A DNA stretch of 45,859 bases. Origin: Acetobacteraceae bacterium (GTDB lineage: Bacteria; Pseudomonadota; Alphaproteobacteria; Acetobacterales; Acetobacteraceae). Of the stretch, positions 10,304-19,436 are shown one piece after another. The position numbers were made by a program, and so were the translations under genes. Position 1 is the stretch's first letter. Each line of letters starts with the position of its first letter. The stretch lies in NCBI GenBank assembly GCA_035549615.1, contig DASZQO010000030.1, positions 1 to 45,859 of the forward strand. Reading direction: 5' to 3'. Below the pieces are notes generated by a model. It saw only the letters and a program-made list of their open reading frames with translations. It was not told the DNA's origin and ran no database searches.

Positions 10304-11056
10304 CTATAGGCTGAACCTTTCTCCGAGGTAGAAGCGGCGCACATCGGCGTGCGAAACCACCTCCTCTGGCTCTCCATGCATCAGGACCTCACCGTCATGG
10401 AGGATATAGGCGCGATCCACGATCTCCAAAGTTTCCCGCACATTGTGATCGGTGATCAGCACGCCGATTCCACGGAGCTTCAGATGCGAAACGAGATCGC
10501 GGATCTCGCCGAGGGCGATTGGGTCGATGCCGGCGAGCGGCTCGTCGAGCAGGATATAGCTCGGCTGGCTCGCCAGCGCCCGCGCGATCTCAAGCCGCCT
10601 TCGCTCACCGCCTGAGAGAGCGAGGGAAGGCGTGCGCCTGAGATGCGTGATCCCGAATTCGGAGAGCAGGGCCTCCAGCATCTGCTCACGCCGATCGGCA
10701 TAAGGCTCGGAAACTTCGAGAACGGCGCGGATATTCTGCTCGACATTGAGGCCCCGGAATATGCTCGCCTCCTGTGGCAGATAGCCAATGCCGAGCCGTG
10801 CCCTGCGATACATTGGCAGCGTCGTGATATCGGCGCCGTCGAGCGTGATGGTCCCGGTATCCGGCGGCACCAGCCCGACGATCATGTAGAAGGTCGTCGT
10901 CTTGCCGGCGCCGTTCGGACCGAGCAGCCCGACCGCCTCGCCGCGCGTCAGGCGGATATTCACGTCGCGGACCACGGGGCGGCGGCGGAACCGCTTGCCG
11001 AGCCCGCGGGCGACGAGGCCGCCATCGCCGGAGAGAAGACGGAAGCGATCGCTCAT
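10304..11056 (-). CDS. lptB: LPS export ABC transporter ATP-binding protein
   Basis: Walker A GPNGAGKTT, YLPQEASIFR, signature LSGGERRRLEIARAL, Walker B ILLDEP. ATGA overlap with the lptA stop. Confidence 0.93.
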   Translation of the reverse strand: MSDRFRLLSGDGGLVARGLGKRFRRRPVVRDVNIRLTRGEAVGLLGPNGAGKTTTFYMIVGLVPPDTGTITLDGADITTLPMYRRARLGIGYLPQEASIFRGLNVEQNIRAVLEVSEPYADRREQMLEALLSEFGITHLRRTPSLALSGGERRRLEIARALASQPSYILLDEPLAGIDPIALGEIRDLVSHLKLRGIGVLITDHNVRETLEIVDRAYILHDGEVLMHGEPEEVVSHADVRRFYLGERFSL

Positions 11057-12045
11057 GGCTGCCCCCCTGCGGACTGGTTCCCCGGGGCAGGCTTGCCGGC
11101 GGGCTGGTTCACGGTGTTCGGCACGACCAGTCCCTGCACCCGCTCGCCGGGTGCCGAAAGGAGCTCGGCCTGACCGGTCTTCATGTCGACGACCCCGCGC
11201 GCGCCATTGAGCTGGTTCTGCCCGCGGGTGATCCGGACATCGCCGAGAATGAGCGCGATCCCGCTCGAGGGGACATAAACGCCGCGATCGCCGGTGATGG
11301 TGTCCGTCGCCGTCCGGATCGTAACATTACCGAATGCCTCGACCCGTTTGATCTGGCCGGAGCTGGCCAGCGGGTCGGCAGTGTTCTGTGCCCCGGCCTG
11401 GCGCGTCGATGCCGTGCTTCCGGAGGCGTCGGCGGGCCCGTTTGCGGATGCGGGGGCGGGCGTGGTGTACGCGACCAGCGTGTCCGCGGTGAGCCGCCGA
11501 CCGTCATTGGTGACGACGACGGCATCGCCGCGCGCCACGGCCATGTGCTTGTCAGGCCAGTATTCGACATCGTCGCGGGCGGTCAGAACGTCATTCGGCG
11601 TCGTGAGCTTGAGGTGGCCGCCGGTCAGCACGAGCACCGCCTGGTCGAGGTCATAGACCGCATGATCGGCGAAAGCCTGGTCGGTCGCTGTAAAAATATG
11701 CACATGGCCCACCGCCTCCAGCCGGTAGATCTGCTGTCCTCCGGTATCGGCCGAGCCGGCTGTGGCAGCCGTGCTCGCGGGCTGAACCTGGCCCGGCGCG
11801 GAAGCTGCGCCGGGCTTCGGCCGGTAATGGGCGATGAGCTCATCGGCGGTGACCGTCACCGCCCCACGCACCGCCTGGGCATCGCCCTGGGCGATCACCA
11901 CCTGCTGGTTCTGACGCCATTCGATCCCGCCGAGCGAGGTGATGGTGATCGGCCCGCCTTGCGAAAGATCAAGGGGTTGGGCCACCGCCATCCGTGTGCC
12001 AAGGATGAGCGCCAGGAGGGGAAGAAGAACGGCCCATCGCCTCAT
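11053..12045 (-). CDS. lptA: LptA/OstA-family periplasmic LPS transport protein (elongated, 330 aa)
   Basis: Signal peptide MRRWAVLLPLLALILGTRMAVAQ. OstA-like beta strands (ITADELIAHY, RLEAVGHVHI, VEAFGNVTI). Position between lptC and lptB with 4-nt overlaps on both sides. Confidence 0.8.
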   Translation of the reverse strand: MRRWAVLLPLLALILGTRMAVAQPLDLSQGGPITITSLGGIEWRQNQQVVIAQGDAQAVRGAVTVTADELIAHYRPKPGAASAPGQVQPASTAATAGSADTGGQQIYRLEAVGHVHIFTATDQAFADHAVYDLDQAVLVLTGGHLKLTTPNDVLTARDDVEYWPDKHMAVARGDAVVVTNDGRRLTADTLVAYTTPAPASANGPADASGSTASTRQAGAQNTADPLASSGQIKRVEAFGNVTIRTATDTITGDRGVYVPSSGIALILGDVRITRGQNQLNGARGVVDMKTGQAELLSAPGERVQGLVVPNTVNQPAGKPAPGNQSAGGQP

Positions 12046-12752
12046 TGCCCCGCCGCCTTCTGCGCCTTCCCGTTCAGCACGAGTCGCGCGGGACCGCTGA
12101 ACTGGATGATCGCCCCGCCATCGAGCAGGGTATAGCCCATGGCATCGAGTGTCCCGAACGGCCCTTCGGCGCTCACCGGCACGCCGCTCGCCGCTGCATT
12201 GCTGGCAAGATCGATCGTGGTGCTTGCTGAACGGAGGGTCGTCCCATCGTCCCGATAGAGCGTCACACCCCCGGAAAGGTCGAGCTGGCGGCTCTTCTGG
12301 CCATAAACGCCCCGCGGCGCCGAGAGCATGACCCAGGAACCGGAATGCAGCGTGATATCGCCCTTGGGGTCCCTCAGATCGACGTGGTCAGGCCCCGTCT
12401 GCACGGCGGAGGCGGCGGTGACGGTGTAGGGCTCGCCCTTCTGATCAACGCTGCTATAGCGCGCATCAATGAGCTTTCCGCCGGCGCCGCGTGTGGCCTG
12501 ATCGATATGGAAGCTCACCCGCTGGCCTGCGACCCCGTTCTCGAAGTCGGGCCAGAGCGCCACGGAGGCAAGCAATGCCAGGCCGAAGAGGGGCAGGACG
12601 CGCTTGGCCCAGCGCACTGCGAACCGCCGGCGCGCAAGGCTTCCGGGCGTGGGCATCGGGCGGGCGCGGGCGAGCCCGAGCAGATGGATCCGTCCGAACT
12701 CTCGCGCCGCCGCCGGCGGCCGCTTGCCGATGGGCGCCTTGATATCCGCCAC
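12042..12752 (-). CDS. lptC: LPS export system protein LptC
   Basis: Single N-terminal TM (VLPLFGLALLASVALW) followed by a beta-rich domain; conserved position upstream of lptA. Start uncertain: GTG 12750-12752 overlaps the kdsD stop by 1 nt, and ATG 12656 is the alternative. Confidence 0.72.
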   Translation of the reverse strand: MADIKAPIGKRPPAAAREFGRIHLLGLARARPMPTPGSLARRRFAVRWAKRVLPLFGLALLASVALWPDFENGVAGQRVSFHIDQATRGAGGKLIDARYSSVDQKGEPYTVTAASAVQTGPDHVDLRDPKGDITLHSGSWVMLSAPRGVYGQKSRQLDLSGGVTLYRDDGTTLRSASTTIDLASNAAASGVPVSAEGPFGTLDAMGYTLLDGGAIIQFSGPARLVLNGKAQKAAGQ

Positions 12753-13750
12753 TAGACCACTCCGGCCCGCAACAGATCGTGCACATGCACGAGGCCGAGG
12801 ACCTCATTCCCGTCATTCACCACGAAAAGGGTGGTGATCGGCCGCCCCCCCGCATTCATCTCGTGCAGCGCCTCCGCGGCGAGCGCGTCTGGATGGATCG
12901 TCCGCGGATTCGGGGTCATCACCTCGCCCGCGCGCCGGGAAAGCAGGTCCGGGCCCATGGCGCGGCGCAGATCACCGTCTGTGATGATGCCGGCAAGTCG
13001 CCGATTGGGTGTCACGATGCCGAGGCAGCCAAAGGATTTCTCCGTCATCACCAGCAGCGCCTGGTCCATCGGCAGCTCGGGGGGGACGAGCGGCAGGCTC
13101 TCCCCCACATGCATCACCTCGCGCACGCGCCGCAGTCCGGCGCCGAGACGCCCGCCGGGGTGGAACTGGCGGAAATCGCTCGCCGTGAAGCCGCGGCGCT
13201 TGAGCAGCGCCACCGCCAGCGCATCGCCCAGCGCCATCTGCATGGTGGTGGAAGTGGTGGGTGTGAGGCCCATCGGACAGGCCTCCGGCGCCGCCGGCAA
13301 AAGCAGCACCACATCGGCCGCCATGGCCAGCGTCGAACCCGCCCGGCCCGTGATCGCAATCAGCGGCAGGGCAAAGCGGCGCATATGCGCGACGAGATCG
13401 GCAAGCTCCGCGGTTTCGCCGGAGTTGGAGAGCGCCAGCACCGCGTCTCCCTCGACGATCATGCCGAGATCGCCGTGCGAGGCCTCCCCCGGATGGACGA
13501 AGAAGGAGGGCGTGCCGGTCGAGGCCAGGGTCGCTGCGATCTTCCGTCCCACATGGCCGGACTTGCCCATGCCAGACACCACCACCCGCCCGGAAACGCC
13601 GAAAATCAGATCGACCGCGCGGGAAAAATTCTTATCGAGTGAGGCGGCGAGCGCGCGCAGACCATCCGCCTCCAGCGCCAGCACCGTGCCGGCCGCCGCA
13701 AGATCGTCGCCCGGGTCCGTGATGGGGCGATTCAAGGCCAGATGGGACAT
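12752..13750 (-). CDS. kdsD: arabinose-5-phosphate isomerase (KpsF/GutQ/KdsD family; SIS + CBS pair)
   Basis: SIS motif VVVSGMGKSGHVGRKIAATL, C-terminal CBS pair. ATG 13748-13750 gives 332 aa; the track start at 13816 is the alternative. Confidence 0.87.
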   Translation of the reverse strand: MSHLALNRPITDPGDDLAAAGTVLALEADGLRALAASLDKNFSRAVDLIFGVSGRVVVSGMGKSGHVGRKIAATLASTGTPSFFVHPGEASHGDLGMIVEGDAVLALSNSGETAELADLVAHMRRFALPLIAITGRAGSTLAMAADVVLLLPAAPEACPMGLTPTTSTTMQMALGDALAVALLKRRGFTASDFRQFHPGGRLGAGLRRVREVMHVGESLPLVPPELPMDQALLVMTEKSFGCLGIVTPNRRLAGIITDGDLRRAMGPDLLSRRAGEVMTPNPRTIHPDALAAEALHEMNAGGRPITTLFVVNDGNEVLGLVHVHDLLRAGVV

Positions 13751-13977
13751 CCGAGTCGGTTCATCTGAGGTCGGCACTTTCCCTGCTTTGTACGGATGTG
13801 GCCCCGAGAGGGTCAACCGCGCCGGCGACTTTGGGGGCGAATTACGGCAAGAATTATGCCAGACAATTCGTCCAAAGCTTGACCTTCGTCCGTTGCGTCC
13901 GGTTAACTCCGGTTTAGCCGCCGCGTCGTGACCGAGGCTGTGTGGGAGGCCATATCGGGGCGGCTGAAGGGCACCTC

Positions 13978-15762
13978 ATGTCGGCAGTGCGCCGCCCAAG
14001 CCTCCGGTTCCGGCTGGTCCTCATCAAGCCGTCTCATTACGACGATGACGGCTACGTGATCCAATGGCTGCGCTCGGCGATCCCTTCGAACACGCTGGCC
14101 GCGCTTCACGGGCTGGCGCTGGACATTCGCGACCGCCAGGCTCTGGGCCCTGACGTCGCGCTCGAGATCACCGCGTTCGACGAAACCAACACGCGCATCC
14201 GGCCGGAGCGGATCGCGCGGCTGATCAGGAAAGAGGGCGGCCTCGGCCTGGTCGCGCTGGTTGGCGTGCAGTCCAACCAGTTCCCGCGCGCCGTGGATAT
14301 CGCCCGCCCGCTCAGGAAAGCGGGCATCCCGGTCGCGATCGGCGGCTTTCACGTCTCGGGCACGCTCGCCATGCTGCCTGGCATCCAGCCCGACGTTCAA
14401 GAGGCGCTCGATCTCGGCATCACGCTTTTCGCCGGCGAGGCCGAGGGAAGGCTCGAAACCGTGCTTGCCGATGCGCTCGCAGGCCGGCTCAAGCCGATCT
14501 ACAATTTCATGGATGATCTGCCCGGGATCGAGGGCGCGCCGCCGCCAATCCTGCCAAGCGAGCGGATCCGCCGCACCGGCGGGAGAATGACCAGCTTCGA
14601 TGCCGGCCGCGGCTGTCCGTTCCAGTGCTCCTTCTGCACCATCATCAATGTTCAGGGCCGCAAGTCGCGCACCCGCTCGCCCGACGATATCGAGGCGATC
14701 ATCCGCAGCAATCTCGCCCAGGGCATCGATCATTTCTTCATCACCGACGACAATTTCGCGCGCAACCGCAACTGGGAGCCGATCTTCGACCGGCTCATCC
14801 GCATGCGCGAGGAGGAAGGACTTTTCTTTCGCTTCATCATCCAGGTGGACACGCTCTGCCACAAGATCCCGAACTTCGTCGAAAAGGCGGCCCGCGCCGG
14901 TGTCACGCGTGTCTTCATCGGGATGGAGAGCATCAACCCGGAAAACCTGCTCGCCGCCAAGAAACGGCAGAACCGCATCTCCGAATATCGCCGCATGCTG
15001 CTTGCCTGGAAGAGCGTCGGCTGCTTCACCTACGCCGGCTATATCCTGGGTTTTCCAGGAGATACGCCCGAGACGATCGAGCGCGACATCCGCATCATCC
15101 AGCGCGAGCTTCCGCTCGATCTTCTTGAATTCTTCTGCCTGACGCCCCTGCCGGGATCGGAGGACCATAAGCGCCTGTTCACGGAAGGCGTTCCGATGGA
15201 CCCCGACATGAACAAATACGATCTCGAGCATGTCTGCACGACGCACCCCGTCATGTCCAAGGCCGAGTGGGAGCGTGCATACCGGCTCGCCTGGGAGACC
15301 TATTACACGCCCGAGCATATGGAGCGGGTGATGCGCCGTGCCGGGGCCTGCGGCATCAGCCCCGGCAAGATGATGTTTCTGCTGCTCTGGTTCTGGGGCT
15401 GCGTCACGCTCGAGAAAATCCATCCGCTCGAAGGCGGCTATCTGCGCCGCAAGGTTCGCACCGACCGCAGGCCCGGCCTGCCGATCGAGAATCCGCTGCT
15501 CTTCTATCCGCGCTATGTCGCAAACCTGGTCTACAAGCACCTCCGCATTCTCCGGATGATCTGGCGGATGGGCGCGGTGCGGCGCGCGATCAAACGGGAT
15601 CCCAATCGTCGCGCCTATATGGATACCGCGCTCACCCCGGTGACCGAGGCGGAGATGGACGCGCTCGAAATGTTCACCGCGACGGAAGCAGCCCGCGGTG
15701 CCGCCGAAAAAGCCAAGCGCGATCTTGCCCGCACCCGCGCAAGCGCGAGCCAGCCGGCCTGA
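13978..15762 (+). CDS. B12-binding-domain radical SAM protein (class B, function unknown)
   Basis: Cx3Cx2C cluster motif GRGCPFQCSFCTI. N-terminal Rossmann-like B12-binding region (LVALVGVQSNQF...VAIGGFHVSG). ATG 13978 preferred over GTG 13942. Confidence 0.85.
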   Translation: MSAVRRPSLRFRLVLIKPSHYDDDGYVIQWLRSAIPSNTLAALHGLALDIRDRQALGPDVALEITAFDETNTRIRPERIARLIRKEGGLGLVALVGVQSNQFPRAVDIARPLRKAGIPVAIGGFHVSGTLAMLPGIQPDVQEALDLGITLFAGEAEGRLETVLADALAGRLKPIYNFMDDLPGIEGAPPPILPSERIRRTGGRMTSFDAGRGCPFQCSFCTIINVQGRKSRTRSPDDIEAIIRSNLAQGIDHFFITDDNFARNRNWEPIFDRLIRMREEEGLFFRFIIQVDTLCHKIPNFVEKAARAGVTRVFIGMESINPENLLAAKKRQNRISEYRRMLLAWKSVGCFTYAGYILGFPGDTPETIERDIRIIQRELPLDLLEFFCLTPLPGSEDHKRLFTEGVPMDPDMNKYDLEHVCTTHPVMSKAEWERAYRLAWETYYTPEHMERVMRRAGACGISPGKMMFLLLWFWGCVTLEKIHPLEGGYLRRKVRTDRRPGLPIENPLLFYPRYVANLVYKHLRILRMIWRMGAVRRAIKRDPNRRAYMDTALTPVTEAEMDALEMFTATEAARGAAEKAKRDLARTRASASQPA

Positions 15763-15798
15763 CTCTCGCCCGCCTGGGTCTCGCCGATCTCAATCTCG

Positions 15799-16455
15799 TC
15801 AATGAGCGAAGATGTCCGGCTCCTCATAGCCGAGCAGGTCGAGCATCGCTCGCTCCGGCAGGAACGCGAAGCAGGCCTCGGCGAGCGCGCGGCGCTCCTC
15901 GCGTTCGAGCAGCACTTCGAGCCGCGCCCACAGCGCGTGCAGATAGAGAACATCTGCGGCCGCATAAGCGAGCTGCTCGGGGCTGAGCTCCGCCGCGCCC
16001 CAGTCGGAGGTCTGCTGCTGCTTCGCGAGCTCCACGCCGAGCAGCTCGCGGCAGAGCTCCTTGAGCCCGTGGCGATCGGTGAAGGTGCGCACGAGCTTCG
16101 CGGCGATCTTGGTGCAGCGGACCGGCGCCACCCGAATGCCAAGCGCCTTGGCGAGGATCGCGACATCGAAACGGGCGAAATGCATCAGCTTCACCACGCC
16201 CGGATCGGTGAGCAGGCGGCGGAGGTTCGGGCAGTCGGCCCCCCGGCCACCCATGCGTTCAGGCACGATCTGCACCAGATGCGCCACCCCGTCACCGGCG
16301 GAGAGCTGGACCAGGCAAAGCCGGTCGCGATGGGGATTGAGCCCCATCGTCTCGGTATCCACAGCCACCATCGCCCCGAACGAGAGCCCCGCGGGCAGAT
16401 CGTTGCGGTGGAGATGGATGGTAGCGTCTTGCTGGAACTGGGTGAGGCCTGCCAC
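15799..16455 (-). CDS. rnd: ribonuclease D (short DEDD 3'-5' exonuclease form)
   Basis: DEDDy motifs VAVDTETMGL, MHFARFD, YAAADVLYL. The track ORF 15799..16587 runs through a tRNA gene, so the real start must lie below 16471. There is no in-frame ATG; GTG 16453-16455 is chosen and TTG 16468-16470 is the alternative. Confidence 0.78.
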   Translation of the reverse strand: MAGLTQFQQDATIHLHRNDLPAGLSFGAMVAVDTETMGLNPHRDRLCLVQLSAGDGVAHLVQIVPERMGGRGADCPNLRRLLTDPGVVKLMHFARFDVAILAKALGIRVAPVRCTKIAAKLVRTFTDRHGLKELCRELLGVELAKQQQTSDWGAAELSPEQLAYAAADVLYLHALWARLEVLLEREERRALAEACFAFLPERAMLDLLGYEEPDIFAH

Positions 16456-16470
16456 TTCGCTGCTTTGCAA

Positions 16471-16557
16471 TGGTGCCCAGGAGAAGACTCGAACTTCCAC
16501 GACCTTGCGGCCACAGGTACCTGAAACCTGCGCGTCTACCAATTCCGCCACCTGGGC
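16471..16557 (-). tRNA. tRNA-Leu (anticodon CAG), class II with long variable arm, CCA encoded
   Basis: Reverse complement GCCCAGGTGGCGGAATTGGTAGACGCGCAGGTTTCAGGTACCTGTGGCCGCAAGGTCGTGGAAGTTCGAGTCTTCTCCTGGGCACCA. 7-bp acceptor stem GCCCAGG/CCTGGGC, anticodon stem CAGGT/ACCTG with loop TTCAGGT, T-loop TTCGAGT. Confidence 0.93.
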
Positions 16558-16684
16558 ACGGATGGCAGGTACGGGCGGGGCGGCCATCTAACGCCGGGCC
16601 CCCTTGGCGTCAACTCCACCGGCTTGAGCGAAAGCCGCTCGCAGCCTATTGACCGCGACGGAAGAGGTGCCGAGGGAGAGACCG

Positions 16685-17638
16685 GTGGCGGAACGTAAAG
16701 TGGCGACAGTGTTCGGCGGCTCGGGCTTCCTCGGCCGCTATGTCGTGAAGCGGCTGGCCGCCGCTGGCCAAGTGGTGCGTGTTGCGGTCCGCGACCCCGA
16801 AGCTGCGCTCTTCCTCAAGCCGATGGGCGCGGTGGGGCAGATCGTGCCACTCTACACCGATCTCGCCCGACCGGACACGGTGCCCCGCGCGGTCGAGGCC
16901 GCCGATATCGTGATCAATCTCGTCGGCATCCTCGCCGAGAACCGCCCGGGGGATTTCCAGCGCATCCATGCCGCCGGGGCGGGCGCCATCGCGCGCGCGA
17001 GCACTGAGGCCGGGGTGGCACATCTTGTCCACGTCTCGGCAATCGGTGCCGACCCGTCGAGCCCGAGCCGCTATGCCGCGAGCAAGGCCGCCGGCGAGGA
17101 AGCCGTGCTCGGCGCCTTCCCCGGCGCCACCATTTTGCGCCCCTCCGTCGTCTTCGGCCCGGAAGATCAGTTCTTCAACCGTTTTGGCGCGCTCGCCCAG
17201 TTCCTGCCCTTCATGCCGGTGATCTCGGGGGCAAGCCGCATGCAGCCGGTCTATGTCGGCGATGTTGCCGATGCGATGATGGCCGCACTGGACCGCCCCG
17301 AGGCCGCGGGGCGAATCTATGAGCTGGGTGGCCCGCGCATCTTCACCTTTCGGGAGCTTCTGCAATACGTGCTCAAGGAAACCGGCCGCGACCGCCCGCT
17401 GATTGCGGTTCCGCCCGGCCTCGCGCGTCTCCAGGCGATGCTCGCCGAGCATCTTCCCGGCAAGCCGCTCACGCGCGATCAGCTTCTCATGCTCGCGCGC
17501 GACAATATCACCTCGGAGCAGGCGCCCGGCCTCACCGATCTCGGGGTGATCCCAACGCCCGTGGAGATGGTGGTGCCCCAGTATCTCGCCCGCTTCCGTC
17601 CCGGCGGCGGCCGCCGCCGCGAGCTGATGCTGGCTTAG
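16685..17638 (+). CDS. complex I NDUFA9-like NAD(P)-binding (atypical SDR/epimerase) protein
   Basis: VATVFGGSGFLGRYVV Rossmann motif, then the NDUFA9-family pattern LGGPRIFTFRELL. GTG 16685 follows GGGAGA with 6-nt spacing. The TTG 16649 of the track ORF overlaps a CTTGAG-N17-CTATTG promoter-like site. Confidence 0.8.
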   Translation: MAERKVATVFGGSGFLGRYVVKRLAAAGQVVRVAVRDPEAALFLKPMGAVGQIVPLYTDLARPDTVPRAVEAADIVINLVGILAENRPGDFQRIHAAGAGAIARASTEAGVAHLVHVSAIGADPSSPSRYAASKAAGEEAVLGAFPGATILRPSVVFGPEDQFFNRFGALAQFLPFMPVISGASRMQPVYVGDVADAMMAALDRPEAAGRIYELGGPRIFTFRELLQYVLKETGRDRPLIAVPPGLARLQAMLAEHLPGKPLTRDQLLMLARDNITSEQAPGLTDLGVIPTPVEMVVPQYLARFRPGGGRRRELMLA

Positions 17639-17642
17639 CGTC

Positions 17643-18317
17643 TCACTCCCGTCTCAGCACCCTGTCGATGAGAAAATGGGAAATGCCGCCGGCGACGAAG
17701 TCGCGGCGCAGTGCCGCCTCGTCATAATCCTCGCGCACCCAGTCGAGGAACGGTTTGCGTCCATTCCCCTCCTGCGCATAGCGCAGCAGGAACGCATCCA
17801 GGATGCCGGTGCGGGCACGCCGGAAATGGCCGAAGCGCAGGGAAAGCTGCCGCATCGCCTCGTCCAGGCTGGTTCCGTTGAGAAGCAGGTAGATCGCCGC
17901 CGCAAGCCCAGCGCGGTCAGCGCCCGACTTGCAATGGATCAGCCCCGGCTCCTCCATGCGGCGATAGATCTCCGCCAGCGTCAGCACCCGCTCGCGATGC
18001 GGCGCGCCCCGGCTTTCGAATGGCGCATCGATATGGCGAAGGCCGAGACGTTCCGCCGCCGCGCGCGAAAGCGCGTCCGAGCCGCAGGCGCGCCGCCCGC
18101 GCAGATTGATAACTGTTTTGATACCAAAACGGTTTGCCGCGGCGGCAAGCCGCGCCGGGGTGGGGTGATTGCAACGGTAGAGCCGGCCGGGAACGACGGT
18201 CGCCCAATTCCCCCACGCCACGCGGAAAAATCCGTGATCGGCCAGAAGACTGTCCGACCAGGCGGCAACCCGGCCGCGGCGGGTTGCAACGTCACCCGCG
18301 AACACAGGAATCCCCAA
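17643..18317 (-). CDS. Cys-based protein tyrosine / dual-specificity phosphatase family protein
   Basis: P-loop HCKSGADRAG (CX5R). There is no ATG before residue 121, so the start is TTG 18317 or GTG 18305. Lies 29 nt downstream of sdhB on the same strand. Confidence 0.75.
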   Translation of the reverse strand: MGIPVFAGDVATRRGRVAAWSDSLLADHGFFRVAWGNWATVVPGRLYRCNHPTPARLAAAANRFGIKTVINLRGRRACGSDALSRAAAERLGLRHIDAPFESRGAPHRERVLTLAEIYRRMEEPGLIHCKSGADRAGLAAAIYLLLNGTSLDEAMRQLSLRFGHFRRARTGILDAFLLRYAQEGNGRKPFLDWVREDYDEAALRRDFVAGGISHFLIDRVLRRE

Positions 18318-18346
18318 CCGCTCTCAGAGCACGCTCAAACGGGCTC

Positions 18347-19129
18347 TCAGGCCTTGCGTTCAACGATCATCTGCTTGATCCGCCCGATCGCGCGCGCTGG
18401 ATTGAGCCCTTTCGGACAGGTCTCTGTGCAGTTCATGATGGTATGGCAGCGGTAGAGCCGGAACGGATCCTCAAGCATGTCCAGCCGCTCGCCCGTCGCC
18501 TCGTCGCGCGAATCGGCGATCCAGCGATAGGCGGCAAGCAGCACCGCCGGGCCGAGATAGCGGTCCCCGTTCCACCAGTAGCTTGGACAGGCGGTCGAGC
18601 AGCAGAAGCAAAGGATGCATTCCCACATCCCGTCGAGCGCCGCCCGCTCCTCCTTGCTCTGGCGCCGTTCGCCATCCGGCGGGGCGGGGCTCTCGGCCTT
18701 TAGCCAGGGCTCGATACTGCGATACTGCGCGTAGACTTGTGTGAGGTCCGGCACCAGGTCTTTCACCACCGGCAGATGCGGCAACGGAGTGATGCGCGCG
18801 GCCTCCTTTACCTCGGCAATCGGCTTGAGGCAGGCGAGCGTGTTGGTCCCGTCGATATTCATCGCGCAGGAGCCGCAGATTCCCTCGCGGCAGGAGCGGC
18901 GGAAGGTGAGTGTCGAATCGATCTCGTTCTTGATCTTGATCAGCGCATCGAGAACCATCGGCCCACAGGCATCGAGATCGATTTCATAGGTATCGTAGCG
19001 CGGATTCTGGCCTTCGTCGGGGCTCCAGCGATAGATGTGGAATGGTTTCACCCGCTTGGCACCCGCCGGAGCCTTGTGCTTGCGCCCGGCGGTAATGCGG
19101 CTGTTGGCAGGCAGTGAGAAATTCGCCAT
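18347..19129 (-). CDS. sdhB: succinate dehydrogenase iron-sulfur subunit
   Basis: Three Fe-S cluster motifs: [39 protein letters not shown]. 260 aa. Confidence 0.96.
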   Translation of the reverse strand: MANFSLPANSRITAGRKHKAPAGAKRVKPFHIYRWSPDEGQNPRYDTYEIDLDACGPMVLDALIKIKNEIDSTLTFRRSCREGICGSCAMNIDGTNTLACLKPIAEVKEAARITPLPHLPVVKDLVPDLTQVYAQYRSIEPWLKAESPAPPDGERRQSKEERAALDGMWECILCFCCSTACPSYWWNGDRYLGPAVLLAAYRWIADSRDEATGERLDMLEDPFRLYRCHTIMNCTETCPKGLNPARAIGRIKQMIVERKA

Positions 19130-19158
19130 CGCGCTCTTTTCCGATCAGATCATTCCGC

Positions 19159-19425
19159 TCACGCCGCTCGCCGGAGCAGGCCGACGATCACCAGCAGGAT
19201 CACCGCGCCGAAGGCCGAGCGGATGAGGCTTGCAAGGAACCCGCCAACCAGAAACACGCCGAGCGCATGAAGCACGATCCCGCCCACAAGGGCGCCGACA
19301 ATGCCGACCGCGATATTTCCGATCAGGCCGAAGCCGTGTCCGCGCACGATCAGCCCGGCAAGCCAGCCGGCGAGCGCGCCGATGACCAGCATGCCGATCA
19401 GCGAAGGCACGGAAATTACCATCAT
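19159..19425 (-). CDS. GlsB/YeaQ/YmgE-family small membrane protein (transglycosylase-associated)
   Basis: 88 aa from ATG 19423-19425. Gly-rich TM helices IGALAGWLAGLIV..GLIGNIAVGIVGALVGG typical of this family. Inserted between sdhA and sdhB. Confidence 0.75.
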   Translation of the reverse strand: MMVISVPSLIGMLVIGALAGWLAGLIVRGHGFGLIGNIAVGIVGALVGGIVLHALGVFLVGGFLASLIRSAFGAVILLVIVGLLRRAA

Positions 19426-19436
19426 GCCGCCCGAGC

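Noticed and set aside
8690-10309. Long antisense ORFs opposite rpoN (8690..10309). The same class occurs opposite sdhA (19488..21281), nadE (22722..24380), livMG (25378..26952), the liv SBP (27270..28961), pirin/tadA (32443..34161) and the radical SAM gene (13903..15540)
   Set aside because: Each lies opposite a gene with strong family motifs and has an Arg/Gly/His/Pro-heavy, motif-free translation. These are stop-codon-poor antisense frames, as expected at this GC content.
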